Shown: piece after piece, positions 50,371 to 59,137 of the stretch
How the letters are laid out: the number at the start of each line of letters is the position of its first letter
Numbering within the stretch: the first letter of the stretch is position 1
From: Candidatus Dojkabacteria bacterium UBA2022
Lineage (GTDB): Bacteria; Patescibacteriota; Dojkabacteria; SC72
Assembly: GCA_002335495.1 (NCBI GenBank)
Contig: DDBW01000002.1
Span: 9,249 to 73,248 of the forward strand
DNA: 64,000 nt
Reading direction: 5' to 3'
Made by a program: the position numbers and the translations under genes
Notes under the pieces: model-generated
Told to the model about the DNA's origin: nothing
The model's database searches: none
The model's input: only the letters and a program-made list of their open reading frames with translations

Positions 50371-50725
50371 ATGGCTATTTTGTACATTGACGATGACTCC
50401 GCTACTCTCAAGCCGTTTAAGCAGATTTTAGAGTTTCAAGGATTTATAGTTATGACCTCTGAGAGCTCTGAAGAAGGTTTGAAAACACTACAGGAAAGGT
50501 GAAATTTCATGTGTAGTTTGCGACGGTGTAGCCCAAAGAAATCGTGTAGAAGAGTTTTGTCATCGTAATGATATTGGATTTTGTCTTTTTTCCGGAGACG
50601 AAACAGAGGTTCAATTTGAAACCAGTGTTGTAATTACTAAGGGGCAGAAAGAGACCTTGGATGAATTAAAAGCTTTTTGCCAAGTATATGAAGCAAAAGA
50701 GGGAAGGGATAAATTCGAATTATAA
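50371..50725 (+). pseudogene. CheY-like single-domain response-regulator receiver disrupted by a +1 frameshift
   Basis: Frame 1 reads 'MAILYIDDDSATLKPFKQILEFQGFIVMTSESSEEGLKTLQER*' and stops at 50500-50502. Frame 2 continues '...GEISCVVCDGVAQRNRVEEFCHRNDIGFCLFSGDETEVQFETSVVITKGQKE...'. It aligns to CheY with the phospho-Asp in 'VVCD', Ser in 'LFSG' and a conserved Lys. Removing one A from the A3 run at about 50495-50497 restores a receiver of about 118 aa. Confidence 0.45.
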
Positions 50726-50726
50726 A

Positions 50727-52496
50727 TTAGGATATCTCTGGATTCTCCAACTTCTCAAATAGTATTTCCGCCTTGTTGAGTTTTACTCCAGGGCGGATTT
50801 CTGTAAAGTTCCAATTATTTACATGCTCTCTTACAAAACCGTTCTCTTCTAAATCATTATTTTGGTCATACTCATTCTCAATGTTTAGAAATTGGTTAAC
50901 TTTTTTCATTGAGAATGGTAGGTATGGTTTCAATAGTATTCTCAAAGCATTTACAATCTGTATATTGTTATAAATAATATGCCCAGCTAAGTTGCGATCT
51001 GTTTTTATTTTTTCCCAAGGAGCTTGGTCGTTAAAATATTTATTTGCAAATTTACCCAGCTCTAGAATATGTTCAATTGATTGTACAAACTTACACTCCT
51101 CGATACTCTTGCCAACCTTCTTAAAAGTCAGATCAATTTTCTCTCTTACCTCTTCATCTACCTCGCCTTCTGGTACGACTCCATCAAATTTATTTTCCGT
51201 GAATGTGAGGGTGCGATTTATGAAGTTACCAATATTCGCAACAAGCTCATTATTGTTGGCGTCAATTAAATCCTTCCAGGTATATTCTCTATCATGATTT
51301 TCAGGGGCATACCTTACAAAGAAGTATCTAAGCAGGTCTGGGTTATACTTATCAATTACTGCGTCTAACGTAATACCTGTTCCATCTCCTTTAGACATTT
51401 TCTTTCCCTGATACATGAGCATCTTGTTCGCAGGGACATCAAATGGAAGTTGTAGTGGGTCGTTATTGGACTCTCCAGGCAGTTTGTATTTATCTAAAAG
51501 CTCTGGTTTACTGTATTTCTGATTATATGCAACTATTTCAGCTGGCCACATAACGGTATGAAAAGGTACGTTTCCCCCTGCTACGAAATAGTAGTGTTTA
51601 CACTCTGGATCTTTCCAGAAGGTTTCCCAAAGAGAAGGTGATTCCTGCTTCTGTGCCCACTCTATTGCTGCTGACAGGTATCCTACCACAGCCTCAATCC
51701 AAACATATATTACCTTATCATCCCATCCCTCTATCGGAACTTTTATCCCAAATGAGAGATCTCTGGTTACTGCTCTTGGTTCTAGTCCTTGCTTCAGCCA
51801 CCCTCTTGTAAACTCCCTCACCCATTTCCTCCATGGTTTGTCGCTCTTCTTTATCCACTTCTCTATATCTGGCTGTAATTTGGAAAGGTTAAGGTAGAAA
51901 TGCTTTGTCTTTTTCAACTTTGGTTTTGCATCAGAAAGGGTACTGTATGGATCTATTAAATCTGTTGGGTTTAAATATGCTCCACATTCTGGGCATTCAT
52001 CCCCTCTTGCATTTGTTGCTCCACATTTAGGACATGTGCCTTTTACATATCTGTCTGGCAAAAATCTTTTTACTTTGGCGTCGTAGTACTGTTCTGATTC
52101 TTTTATATCCAAAAAACCTAACTCATTTAGAACCATAAAGATATTCTGAACTACCTCTCGGTGATTATCGGTTGTGGTCTTAGTGTAGTTCTCATAAAGA
52201 AGCCCGAGTTTTTTAAATGTTTCTACAATCTTTTCATGAGAATCTTCGGCAAGCTTGTTAGGGGTTATTCCAAGGTCTTCTGCTTTAGCCAGTATTGGTG
52301 CTCCGTGGCTATCGCTTCCTGATACCATTAAAACCTGGTTTCCTTTTAATCTATGGTAACGAGCAAATACATCTGTGACAATATTCTGTCCTGCCAAATG
52401 TCCAAGGTGAATATTTCCATTGGCGTATGGCCAGGAGACTCCAATAAATATTTTTTCAGGCTTGCCATTTTTGACTTGCATAATTGTATTATACAA
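50727..52496 (-). CDS. metG: methionyl-tRNA synthetase
   Basis: HIGH 'ANGNIHLGHLAG', zinc knuckle 'CPKCG...CPECG', KMSKS 'KMSKGDG'. 589 aa. Confidence 0.9.
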   Translation of the reverse strand: MYNTIMQVKNGKPEKIFIGVSWPYANGNIHLGHLAGQNIVTDVFARYHRLKGNQVLMVSGSDSHGAPILAKAEDLGITPNKLAEDSHEKIVETFKKLGLLYENYTKTTTDNHREVVQNIFMVLNELGFLDIKESEQYYDAKVKRFLPDRYVKGTCPKCGATNARGDECPECGAYLNPTDLIDPYSTLSDAKPKLKKTKHFYLNLSKLQPDIEKWIKKSDKPWRKWVREFTRGWLKQGLEPRAVTRDLSFGIKVPIEGWDDKVIYVWIEAVVGYLSAAIEWAQKQESPSLWETFWKDPECKHYYFVAGGNVPFHTVMWPAEIVAYNQKYSKPELLDKYKLPGESNNDPLQLPFDVPANKMLMYQGKKMSKGDGTGITLDAVIDKYNPDLLRYFFVRYAPENHDREYTWKDLIDANNNELVANIGNFINRTLTFTENKFDGVVPEGEVDEEVREKIDLTFKKVGKSIEECKFVQSIEHILELGKFANKYFNDQAPWEKIKTDRNLAGHIIYNNIQIVNALRILLKPYLPFSMKKVNQFLNIENEYDQNNDLEENGFVREHVNNWNFTEIRPGVKLNKAEILFEKLENPEIS

Positions 52497-52541
52497 TATA
52501 TTCTGTAATAGTAGTTATAATCTATACTTTACTACTGCCCA

Positions 52542-53108
52542 ATGCCAGCGAAAATTAAACGAAGAACAATAAACCTCTTAGAACCTATTGGTGCCCCTGC
52601 CGACACTTGGAGTGCGATATATGCATGGGTGTTCAATGTTGGTAGATATCTTATGTTGGCAATTGAAATCATCGTTTTGGTTGTATTCTTCTCCCGATTT
52701 GTATTGGATCGACAGAATCATGATCTCACCGAGGAGATCAATGATAAGGCTTTTCTATTGTCTAACCAAAATTTCAGACTTGAAGAGGTTCGATATAAGA
52801 ACACACACTTAGTTTTAAACGATATATATCGATTATCGAATGGGCAGCCTCTAAACTCTGAAGATATAGCTTTACTTCTCAGCTCAGTACCAAGTGGTCT
52901 GACTCTTGATAAGTTTGCATACAATAATGGAAGAGTTTCGCTTACTGTTGTAGGAAGCGACATCTCAACAATTAGAGATTATGAATTCTCACTAAGACAG
53001 AATACCAACTATGAAAATGTTACATTTACAGTATCAAGGTCTGGGGTCAGTAAAGCCGATTATGATGTTGTGATTTCTCTAACGGTTAAGTTACAGGAGG
53101 ATAAATAA
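52542..53108 (+). CDS. pilN: type IV pilus assembly protein PilN-like
   Basis: N-terminal 'RRTINLLEP' (the conserved INLLP PilM-binding motif), one TM, and a periplasmic domain. 188 aa. Confidence 0.55.
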   Translation: MPAKIKRRTINLLEPIGAPADTWSAIYAWVFNVGRYLMLAIEIIVLVVFFSRFVLDRQNHDLTEEINDKAFLLSNQNFRLEEVRYKNTHLVLNDIYRLSNGQPLNSEDIALLLSSVPSGLTLDKFAYNNGRVSLTVVGSDISTIRDYEFSLRQNTNYENVTFTVSRSGVSKADYDVVISLTVKLQEDK

Positions 53109-53707
53109 TGGCAGAGTCAAAAGGAGTTGGATATCTAAAAATTATAAACGGTTCGGTTCAAAATAAAACATATAGTTTTGCTGTCTTTACCGTTATTGTT
53201 GTAATTGTTCTCCTTGTAGGAGCTATTCGCCCTACCCTTCTAACTATTACGAAGATTAACAAGGATATAGAGGAAAAAACTTTGATTAATGAACAATTGG
53301 ATTCTAAGCTTGATAATCTTGCGAGATTGAATAGTCAGTACAGTGAACGAAACGAGGATATTGAAGTGCTTCCACTTATGTTCCCAACTCAAGGTAACTT
53401 TAGTCTTTTTATGTCTAATATTGAAACCATAGCAAAATCAAATGGATATACCTTAAATTCTATAACTTTTGGTAGTCCGAATGATCTTGATTATAAATAT
53501 ACAGTTCTCAAACCATGGATTGCTCGTATTACAGTCACAGGTAACCGATCAAATATCGTAAAGCTACTAAGTGCATATGAGAGTATGCCTATGTATCCGA
53601 TTGTAAATAAGCTCTCATTTGCTAGAAACGCTTCTGCAGGGGGACTTGCTCAATTTAGTGTCGACCTTGTTATCTTTAGAATAGATGATCCTAACTTTTA
53701 TAACTAA
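53108..53707 (+). CDS. pilO: type IV pilus assembly protein PilO-like
   Basis: TM, then a coiled coil ('KDIEEKTLINEQLDSKLDNLARLNSQYSE') and a C-terminal domain. Translationally coupled to the pilN-like gene (ATGA overlap). Confidence 0.45.
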   Translation: MAESKGVGYLKIINGSVQNKTYSFAVFTVIVVIVLLVGAIRPTLLTITKINKDIEEKTLINEQLDSKLDNLARLNSQYSERNEDIEVLPLMFPTQGNFSLFMSNIETIAKSNGYTLNSITFGSPNDLDYKYTVLKPWIARITVTGNRSNIVKLLSAYESMPMYPIVNKLSFARNASAGGLAQFSVDLVIFRIDDPNFYN

Positions 53708-53712
53708 ATACT

Positions 53713-53958
53713 ATGAAACTTAATGCCATACCTGTCTTAATTCTCCTTTTGATTGTGACTGTTGCATGGGTTGGTTTTAGTATATATTTTAATAGTACCG
53801 AGCTTGATATTGACCCTAATGCTACCAGCTACATGCAGAATATAAATCCTGTTTTCGATGTAAGAGGGTTGGATGATTTAATGGAAAGAAGTGAAGAAAA
53901 TCTCCCAATATCTCCTGATGAGTTTTTGAATGCTGTTAATCCTACCGATTCAGAGTAG
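53713..53958 (+). CDS. small membrane-anchored protein (81 aa), possibly a pilus-assembly accessory
   Basis: N-terminal TM plus an acidic tail. Position fits a PilP-like slot, but there is no sequence evidence. Confidence 0.25.
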   Translation: MKLNAIPVLILLLIVTVAWVGFSIYFNSTELDIDPNATSYMQNINPVFDVRGLDDLMERSEENLPISPDEFLNAVNPTDSE

Positions 53959-53961
53959 GTA

Positions 53962-55053
53962 CTAGCTGCTTATGTAGTTATTGAGTTTCTTTGCGGATGA
54001 TTTTTCCTTTAGTTTTTTGAGAGCCTTGGCTTCAATCTGTCTGATACGCTCTCTTGTTACTCCAAACTCTTTTCCAACCTCTTCCAAAGTTCTGGTTACT
54101 CCATCTTCTAATCCAAACCTTAAGGATAGCACTCTTCTCTCTCTCTCCTGGAGGGTATCCAAAATCTCATGAATTTGGTTCTTTAGATATTCTAATGTGG
54201 CATACTCCTCTGGTGATTGAGACCAATCGTCAGGGATTATATCCAGTAACTGGCTGTCCTTTTCATCTCCAATCGGAGTTTGTAGGGAAGATGGATTTTG
54301 AGATATTTTTCTAATTTCAACAACCTTCTCGAGCTCAATATCCATTTCTTTTGCAATTTCCTGATCGGTTGGTTTTCTTCCAAGTTTGGTAGTTAAGGTC
54401 GAGTTCACTTTGTTGAACTTATTAATAGTTTCAATCATGTGCACTGGAATACGGATAGTTCTAGCCTGGTCTGCGATTGCTCTTGTAATTGCTTGTCTTA
54501 TCCACCAAGTTGCATAGGTTGAGAACTTAAAACCTCGTAAGTAGTCGAACTTTTCAACAGCGCGCATCAATCCCATATTTCCTTCCTGAATAAGGTCGAG
54601 AAGTTCAAGGCCGCTTTTTGCATACTTCTTTGCGATGCTAACTACGAGTCTAAGGTTTGCAGTTATCAAAAGCTGTGATGCTTCTTTATCTCCTGCCTCG
54701 AGTCTTTTTGCTAAGATGACTTCTTCTTCTCCTGTTAAAAGAGGAATTTTTCCAATTTCGTACAGGTATGATCTGATTGCATCGGTTGAAAGATTTGATT
54801 GTATGGTTTTAAGGATCCGGATTTTTTTCTCAAGGGTTAACTCTTCTTCTGAAGCTCCCTTGCCAGTTGTTTCATCCGCTTCGATTACTTCAATCCCTTC
54901 CTGCTGAAGTTTTTGGAATACCTGGTCAACTAACTCAATATCTTCTTCCAAGGTTGGAAGTTGTGAAAGGATATCGTCTTGGGTTAGGAATCCTTGCTCA
55001 AGACCTTTCTCAATTAGCTTTTTAATGGAAGCTTGATTCGAGTCTGTTGTCAT
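53962..55053 (-). CDS. rpoD: RNA polymerase sigma-70 factor (primary sigma)
   Basis: Region 2 '[54 protein letters not shown]', region 3 and region 4.2 '[27 protein letters not shown]'. Confidence 0.9.
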   Translation of the reverse strand: MTTDSNQASIKKLIEKGLEQGFLTQDDILSQLPTLEEDIELVDQVFQKLQQEGIEVIEADETTGKGASEEELTLEKKIRILKTIQSNLSTDAIRSYLYEIGKIPLLTGEEEVILAKRLEAGDKEASQLLITANLRLVVSIAKKYAKSGLELLDLIQEGNMGLMRAVEKFDYLRGFKFSTYATWWIRQAITRAIADQARTIRIPVHMIETINKFNKVNSTLTTKLGRKPTDQEIAKEMDIELEKVVEIRKISQNPSSLQTPIGDEKDSQLLDIIPDDWSQSPEEYATLEYLKNQIHEILDTLQERERRVLSLRFGLEDGVTRTLEEVGKEFGVTRERIRQIEAKALKKLKEKSSAKKLNNYISS

Positions 55054-55077
55054 ATTTTTGTGTGGTATAATTTAAAT

Positions 55078-55434
55078 ATGATAAATAAACGAACTAGGAG
55101 AACAAAAGAGAAAGTTTCATCGGATAATCTTAACTTTTTTATTGAAGCCATCGCTAAGTTTTGTGATAAGTGTGGCTCTCCTTATACCGTTGATAATTTG
55201 CAAATTATTAAAGATAATGATTTCTCGAGCATTATACACTTCTCCTGTAATAATTGTAAATCCCGTCATATTGCAACTTTTGTTAAACCTATGGGTGTAA
55301 GCAGTCGAATGCCTGTTAATAGTGACTTGAGTGTGGATGAAATTGCTAAGTTTTCTAAAGGTTCCGCGATTCCTGTTGATGATATTCTCACTGTTTATAG
55401 TATGCTTTCCAAGGATCCTGTTATAAAAATATAA
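55078..55434 (+). CDS. zinc-ribbon hypothetical protein
   Basis: Two CxxC pairs ('CDKCGSPY', 'CNNCKSRH'). An extended -10 promoter 'TGGTATAAT' sits at 55061-55069. The ORF's upstream in-frame extension (from 55033) is rejected. Confidence 0.4.
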   Translation: MINKRTRRTKEKVSSDNLNFFIEAIAKFCDKCGSPYTVDNLQIIKDNDFSSIIHFSCNNCKSRHIATFVKPMGVSSRMPVNSDLSVDEIAKFSKGSAIPVDDILTVYSMLSKDPVIKI

Positions 55435-55437
55435 CAA

Positions 55438-58400
55438 TTATTTCCTATTCCACACGAGTTTAAAATTATTATCAGACTTCTCCTTTATTTGAGTTAGAAG
55501 TTGGTTGAGAACATTATCCATGCCTGAAGGATCAATAACTGCCCATGTATCAGGGTAAGTTATGTTTACAGACAGAGTATCCTCTGAACCGGTTCCGGGT
55601 TGTTTGAAAGTTGATAACACAAATTCAATATCCTGGTTGCTTACAGAGAGAGGTTTGTAAGTGCTTTCAGGAGTTAGGCTATACTTAATTTCTAGCGTCT
55701 TTGATGTTTGTATTGGGACATTTAACCATCCACCAACCACTTTATAGCCATTTTCCAGATAGATCTGGTAATCAGTATCTGTAAATCCTTTAATAGATTT
55801 TATCTGTGCACTTTCAGGAAGGTATGCTCTTACATAGTTAGTATAATCTCCTAATGGGTATACTTTGCTTGTTGCAGAGTTTCTTAGTACCAGCTGGTAG
55901 GTATAATCAACCTTGTCTATATCTAAAATGTCTATATTAAGGGTTTTACTCCTCTCAACTTTCGTATTCACTTTATTCGCTCCCCAGTTCCATTCAATTG
56001 TAAGAGGGGCTGATTTATATTTTTCTCCTAAAGTTCCTGCCCATCCGTTCTGTTCTAAGTAATCGTATGCTTCTAAGTTTTTAAGATATACATTTATATG
56101 TTTTGAGTTCAAAGAATCAATCATAGCTGTTCCAATCTTTGGATAATCCTCTACCTTGGCAGATAGCACACGCTGCAAAAGAGTGTTAGCTAAGTTGGCT
56201 AGGAAAGGTGCTTTCAAACTTTCGCCGGGGGTAAACTGTTTATGTAAATTGGTAATTCTTTCGTCAAGATTATCTGCCGTCACTGGCTGAGTTTCCCCAG
56301 GGATAATAACTTCATCCCAAACGGTTAAGAGGGCTTTTAATACTTCAGTGTCTATCGCAATTGTTCCATCGAGTTCGGTCCCTGGGTCTACTTTATCCAT
56401 AAGGGATTCATTTATCGCAGTTACATTCTGTAAATCAGGCTCCCAGTTTGAAAGTGAGAAGGTGAAGTTTTCAACCTCAAGCGCCTTGCGCATTGATTGA
56501 GGAGGTAACACTTTTATGTCGTTATTAATTAGGCGACCGTCTAGGTTGTAGATGTCGTCAACTTTTAATTCTCTAATCTGGCCTCCTTCAAAGGAGATCA
56601 ACGCGTAGCTTGATAGCCAGCCTCCTGTGCTGCGCAATTCGGCAGGGTTTTGCAGGAGTATAAGGTATCTAACTCGCTTTTCGTTTCCAAGGACATCAGG
56701 CAGGAATGTTATTACTTTTTCAACTGGGTCTATCTGGGATTTAAGCTGGTCGTTATATTCTTTTAGTACAATGATGTAATTCTGTACCGGAGTTGGGAAT
56801 ACAGACACTTTTACATTCTCGATCAAGTCTGAGGCAATATTTACATTGTATACTCCTTTTTGCAGCAGGGAACGGTTCTGTTTGAGCTGGGTTAGATATT
56901 CCCGGTACTCGCGACTGGAAGAAGGTAAGTCTGTTTGAAAGTTTAATGCCGGCTCAAAATTCTGCACATATAATGAAAGTGGTTCTATGGCTGTCATAAT
57001 ATCTCTCGCTCCTTGAATGCCATATTGGCTTGCAAATACGAGTTGAGTGAAATTGTCGTATGTCTCTTCTGTCCCAGTTGCCTGGAAGGCCCATTTAAGT
57101 TGTCCCAACGACGAACTTATCTTAGTTAGATAGTTCTCAGATTTTACCAACTGAGAGTTGGCATCATCTAACTTGAACTCTAGGGCATAATCTTTTGCTT
57201 TATCCAGAGACTTGTAAGTAAGGTATCCCCCTAAACCTAACGAGAAGAGTGGGTAGAGAAGGAATATAAATAGAAGGGTTGTTAGAACTACGCCGATGCT
57301 TAGATATCCTATCTTTAATGGGGTGAGACTTGATTTGAATTTTTGTACTTTATTAGATCCGCTTCGACTGATTCTTTTAAATGGACGGGCTATTGTATCA
57401 AGTAGCTCTCCAAGTGGAGTTTTTACATTTTTTACTTTTACTACTACTTCCTCTTCAACTTTTTTAGGTTCTTCCCTTTTTCTTTTTATAATCTGGCCTG
57501 TCTTTGGATATAACTTGTTGATAGTGTCAACAATTGTTTGTTCAAGAGTTACGGTTTGTTTCCATCCAAAATTGGATGCGTTAGGAGCTGGAATGTAGTG
57601 CTCATAACTTATATACTTCGAATCGGTCTTTGTGGGGCCGAATTTAATATCAGATATGTCGTCGTTAATTTCTAATAACTTGTATGCAAGAGATAGCGTT
57701 GTGTAATCATTTTGGTTGGTTAGGGATATAACCTCTCCCTCCGTTTTATTTTGAAAGGTTAACTTCAAAATCCCGTAAATTGCATCCTCAATGTTTATTA
57801 GGTAGTGCAACTGAAGGCCTTCTCCATATATAGTTATAAACCCTTTATTTGAGCTGTCATTTAGAAGGTCTTCTATAATTGGATCTGTTATCTCTGCTAT
57901 CTCACTTCCAAGGAGGGTTCCTAGTCTAATTATTCTGGCGTTCATCTTTGATTTATCACGATATTCGGCGGTTAGAGTTTCGCAGTATTTTTGAAGCTCG
58001 ATTGCAGAATATGGGGCTGGAGCAGAAAGATTTGAATTTAAAATGTGTGCTGAGAGCTTCTCGTTAAGTTTGATTGAAGTTACGAGAGCTACTTTAGAGT
58101 CGTTCTTCTGTGCAACTTTCAGGGTTTGATTTAGGTAGTTTGATTCTTCCAAGAAGTCTTTGCTTGAAAAAGTATCGTGTTCTAAAAGTTTTTCTGATAG
58201 TAGATAGTAGATATAGTCAATTCTTCCCAAGGTTTTATAGAGAGCTTCAATTCCCGTGAAATCTATAAAATCGGCATTGCCAATTTTCTTAAGTTCACTA
58301 ACAAAACCCTTAGATCGGCTGTTGAAGTTATCTACTATTATGACTTGTCCTCCTTGCTCTAAAAGGGTTTTTGCTAGCTTAAAGCCAAGGGGGTTACCAC

Positions 58401-58473
58401 CGTGGACGACTACTGATACTGTCGTACTAACTTTTATTTCAGAATATTTACTCGCCATTACTTTGTTCTTCAA
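55438..58473 (-). CDS. fusion protein: N-terminal NAD(P)-binding epimerase/dehydratase-like domain + TM + large DUF4012-like extracytoplasmic domain (1011 aa)
   Basis: N-terminal Rossmann 'VVVHGGNPLGFKLAKTLLEQGGQVIIVDNF'. TM 'IGYLSIGVVLTTLLFIFLLYPLF'. The C-terminal region has 'RYLILLQNPAELRSTGGWLSSYALISFEGG', which resembles the DUF4012 core. Confidence 0.7.
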   Translation of the reverse strand: MKNKVMASKYSEIKVSTTVSVVVHGGNPLGFKLAKTLLEQGGQVIIVDNFNSRSKGFVSELKKIGNADFIDFTGIEALYKTLGRIDYIYYLLSEKLLEHDTFSSKDFLEESNYLNQTLKVAQKNDSKVALVTSIKLNEKLSAHILNSNLSAPAPYSAIELQKYCETLTAEYRDKSKMNARIIRLGTLLGSEIAEITDPIIEDLLNDSSNKGFITIYGEGLQLHYLINIEDAIYGILKLTFQNKTEGEVISLTNQNDYTTLSLAYKLLEINDDISDIKFGPTKTDSKYISYEHYIPAPNASNFGWKQTVTLEQTIVDTINKLYPKTGQIIKRKREEPKKVEEEVVVKVKNVKTPLGELLDTIARPFKRISRSGSNKVQKFKSSLTPLKIGYLSIGVVLTTLLFIFLLYPLFSLGLGGYLTYKSLDKAKDYALEFKLDDANSQLVKSENYLTKISSSLGQLKWAFQATGTEETYDNFTQLVFASQYGIQGARDIMTAIEPLSLYVQNFEPALNFQTDLPSSSREYREYLTQLKQNRSLLQKGVYNVNIASDLIENVKVSVFPTPVQNYIIVLKEYNDQLKSQIDPVEKVITFLPDVLGNEKRVRYLILLQNPAELRSTGGWLSSYALISFEGGQIRELKVDDIYNLDGRLINNDIKVLPPQSMRKALEVENFTFSLSNWEPDLQNVTAINESLMDKVDPGTELDGTIAIDTEVLKALLTVWDEVIIPGETQPVTADNLDERITNLHKQFTPGESLKAPFLANLANTLLQRVLSAKVEDYPKIGTAMIDSLNSKHINVYLKNLEAYDYLEQNGWAGTLGEKYKSAPLTIEWNWGANKVNTKVERSKTLNIDILDIDKVDYTYQLVLRNSATSKVYPLGDYTNYVRAYLPESAQIKSIKGFTDTDYQIYLENGYKVVGGWLNVPIQTSKTLEIKYSLTPESTYKPLSVSNQDIEFVLSTFKQPGTGSEDTLSVNITYPDTWAVIDPSGMDNVLNQLLTQIKEKSDNNFKLVWNRK

Positions 58474-59095
58474 TATTTATAGGAATAGGAAAGAGATTTA
58501 CCTTTACATTCAAATTGTATCCCTCTCTTACAATAACAGGAAATTCTACATTTTCGTACCCCGTTTTACTCACCTTCACGCTATACGACTTTGGGTTGGC
58601 CATGTAGGCGTTTATAGGGGCCTTGTCAGCATACTCTCCATCAATATAGACAGTTGCGTCAGCGGGATCTGTATTAACGCTAAGATATCCCTTTCCGTTC
58701 GATACAGGAGATTTCGTATAGTATAGTATGTAACCAGATGATAAATTGTTTGGTCCAATCTCAAGGTCAATAACTGCTTCTGTATTTCTCTCGAGATCAA
58801 TATCAATGTATCTATCTTCATATGCTCCCGAAACATCGGTTATTCTGGTTAGTTTGAAGGTGTATCTTCCAGGTTTTAAATCTGAAATTGTAACAGGAGT
58901 TTCTCCATAGCTTTTAGAGTCAAGAAAAACTTCTGACTTTGCATTTCTGCTAGTAATCGTAATTGTTGTGTTGTTGTAGAATTCACTGATGTATGGAAGA
59001 CGGGCTAGGATATCATCAAAGGGTATAAAAAATACTCCTATGGAGATAACAAATACCGCTAATATGATAATTATGGCAGTTTTAAGATTTGGCAT
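58448..59095 (-). CDS. membrane-anchored PEGA-domain protein
   Basis: N-terminal TM, then two PEGA-like beta-sandwich repeats ('LKPGRYTFKLTR...', 'ANPKSYSVKVSKTGYENVEFPVIVREGYNLNVKVNL'). Confidence 0.55.
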   Translation of the reverse strand: MPNLKTAIIIILAVFVISIGVFFIPFDDILARLPYISEFYNNTTITITSRNAKSEVFLDSKSYGETPVTISDLKPGRYTFKLTRITDVSGAYEDRYIDIDLERNTEAVIDLEIGPNNLSSGYILYYTKSPVSNGKGYLSVNTDPADATVYIDGEYADKAPINAYMANPKSYSVKVSKTGYENVEFPVIVREGYNLNVKVNLFPIPINIEEQSNGE

Positions 59096-59137
59096 AATTT
59101 GATTATATGCTACGGAATAGACCTTGTCTAGCTTGAT

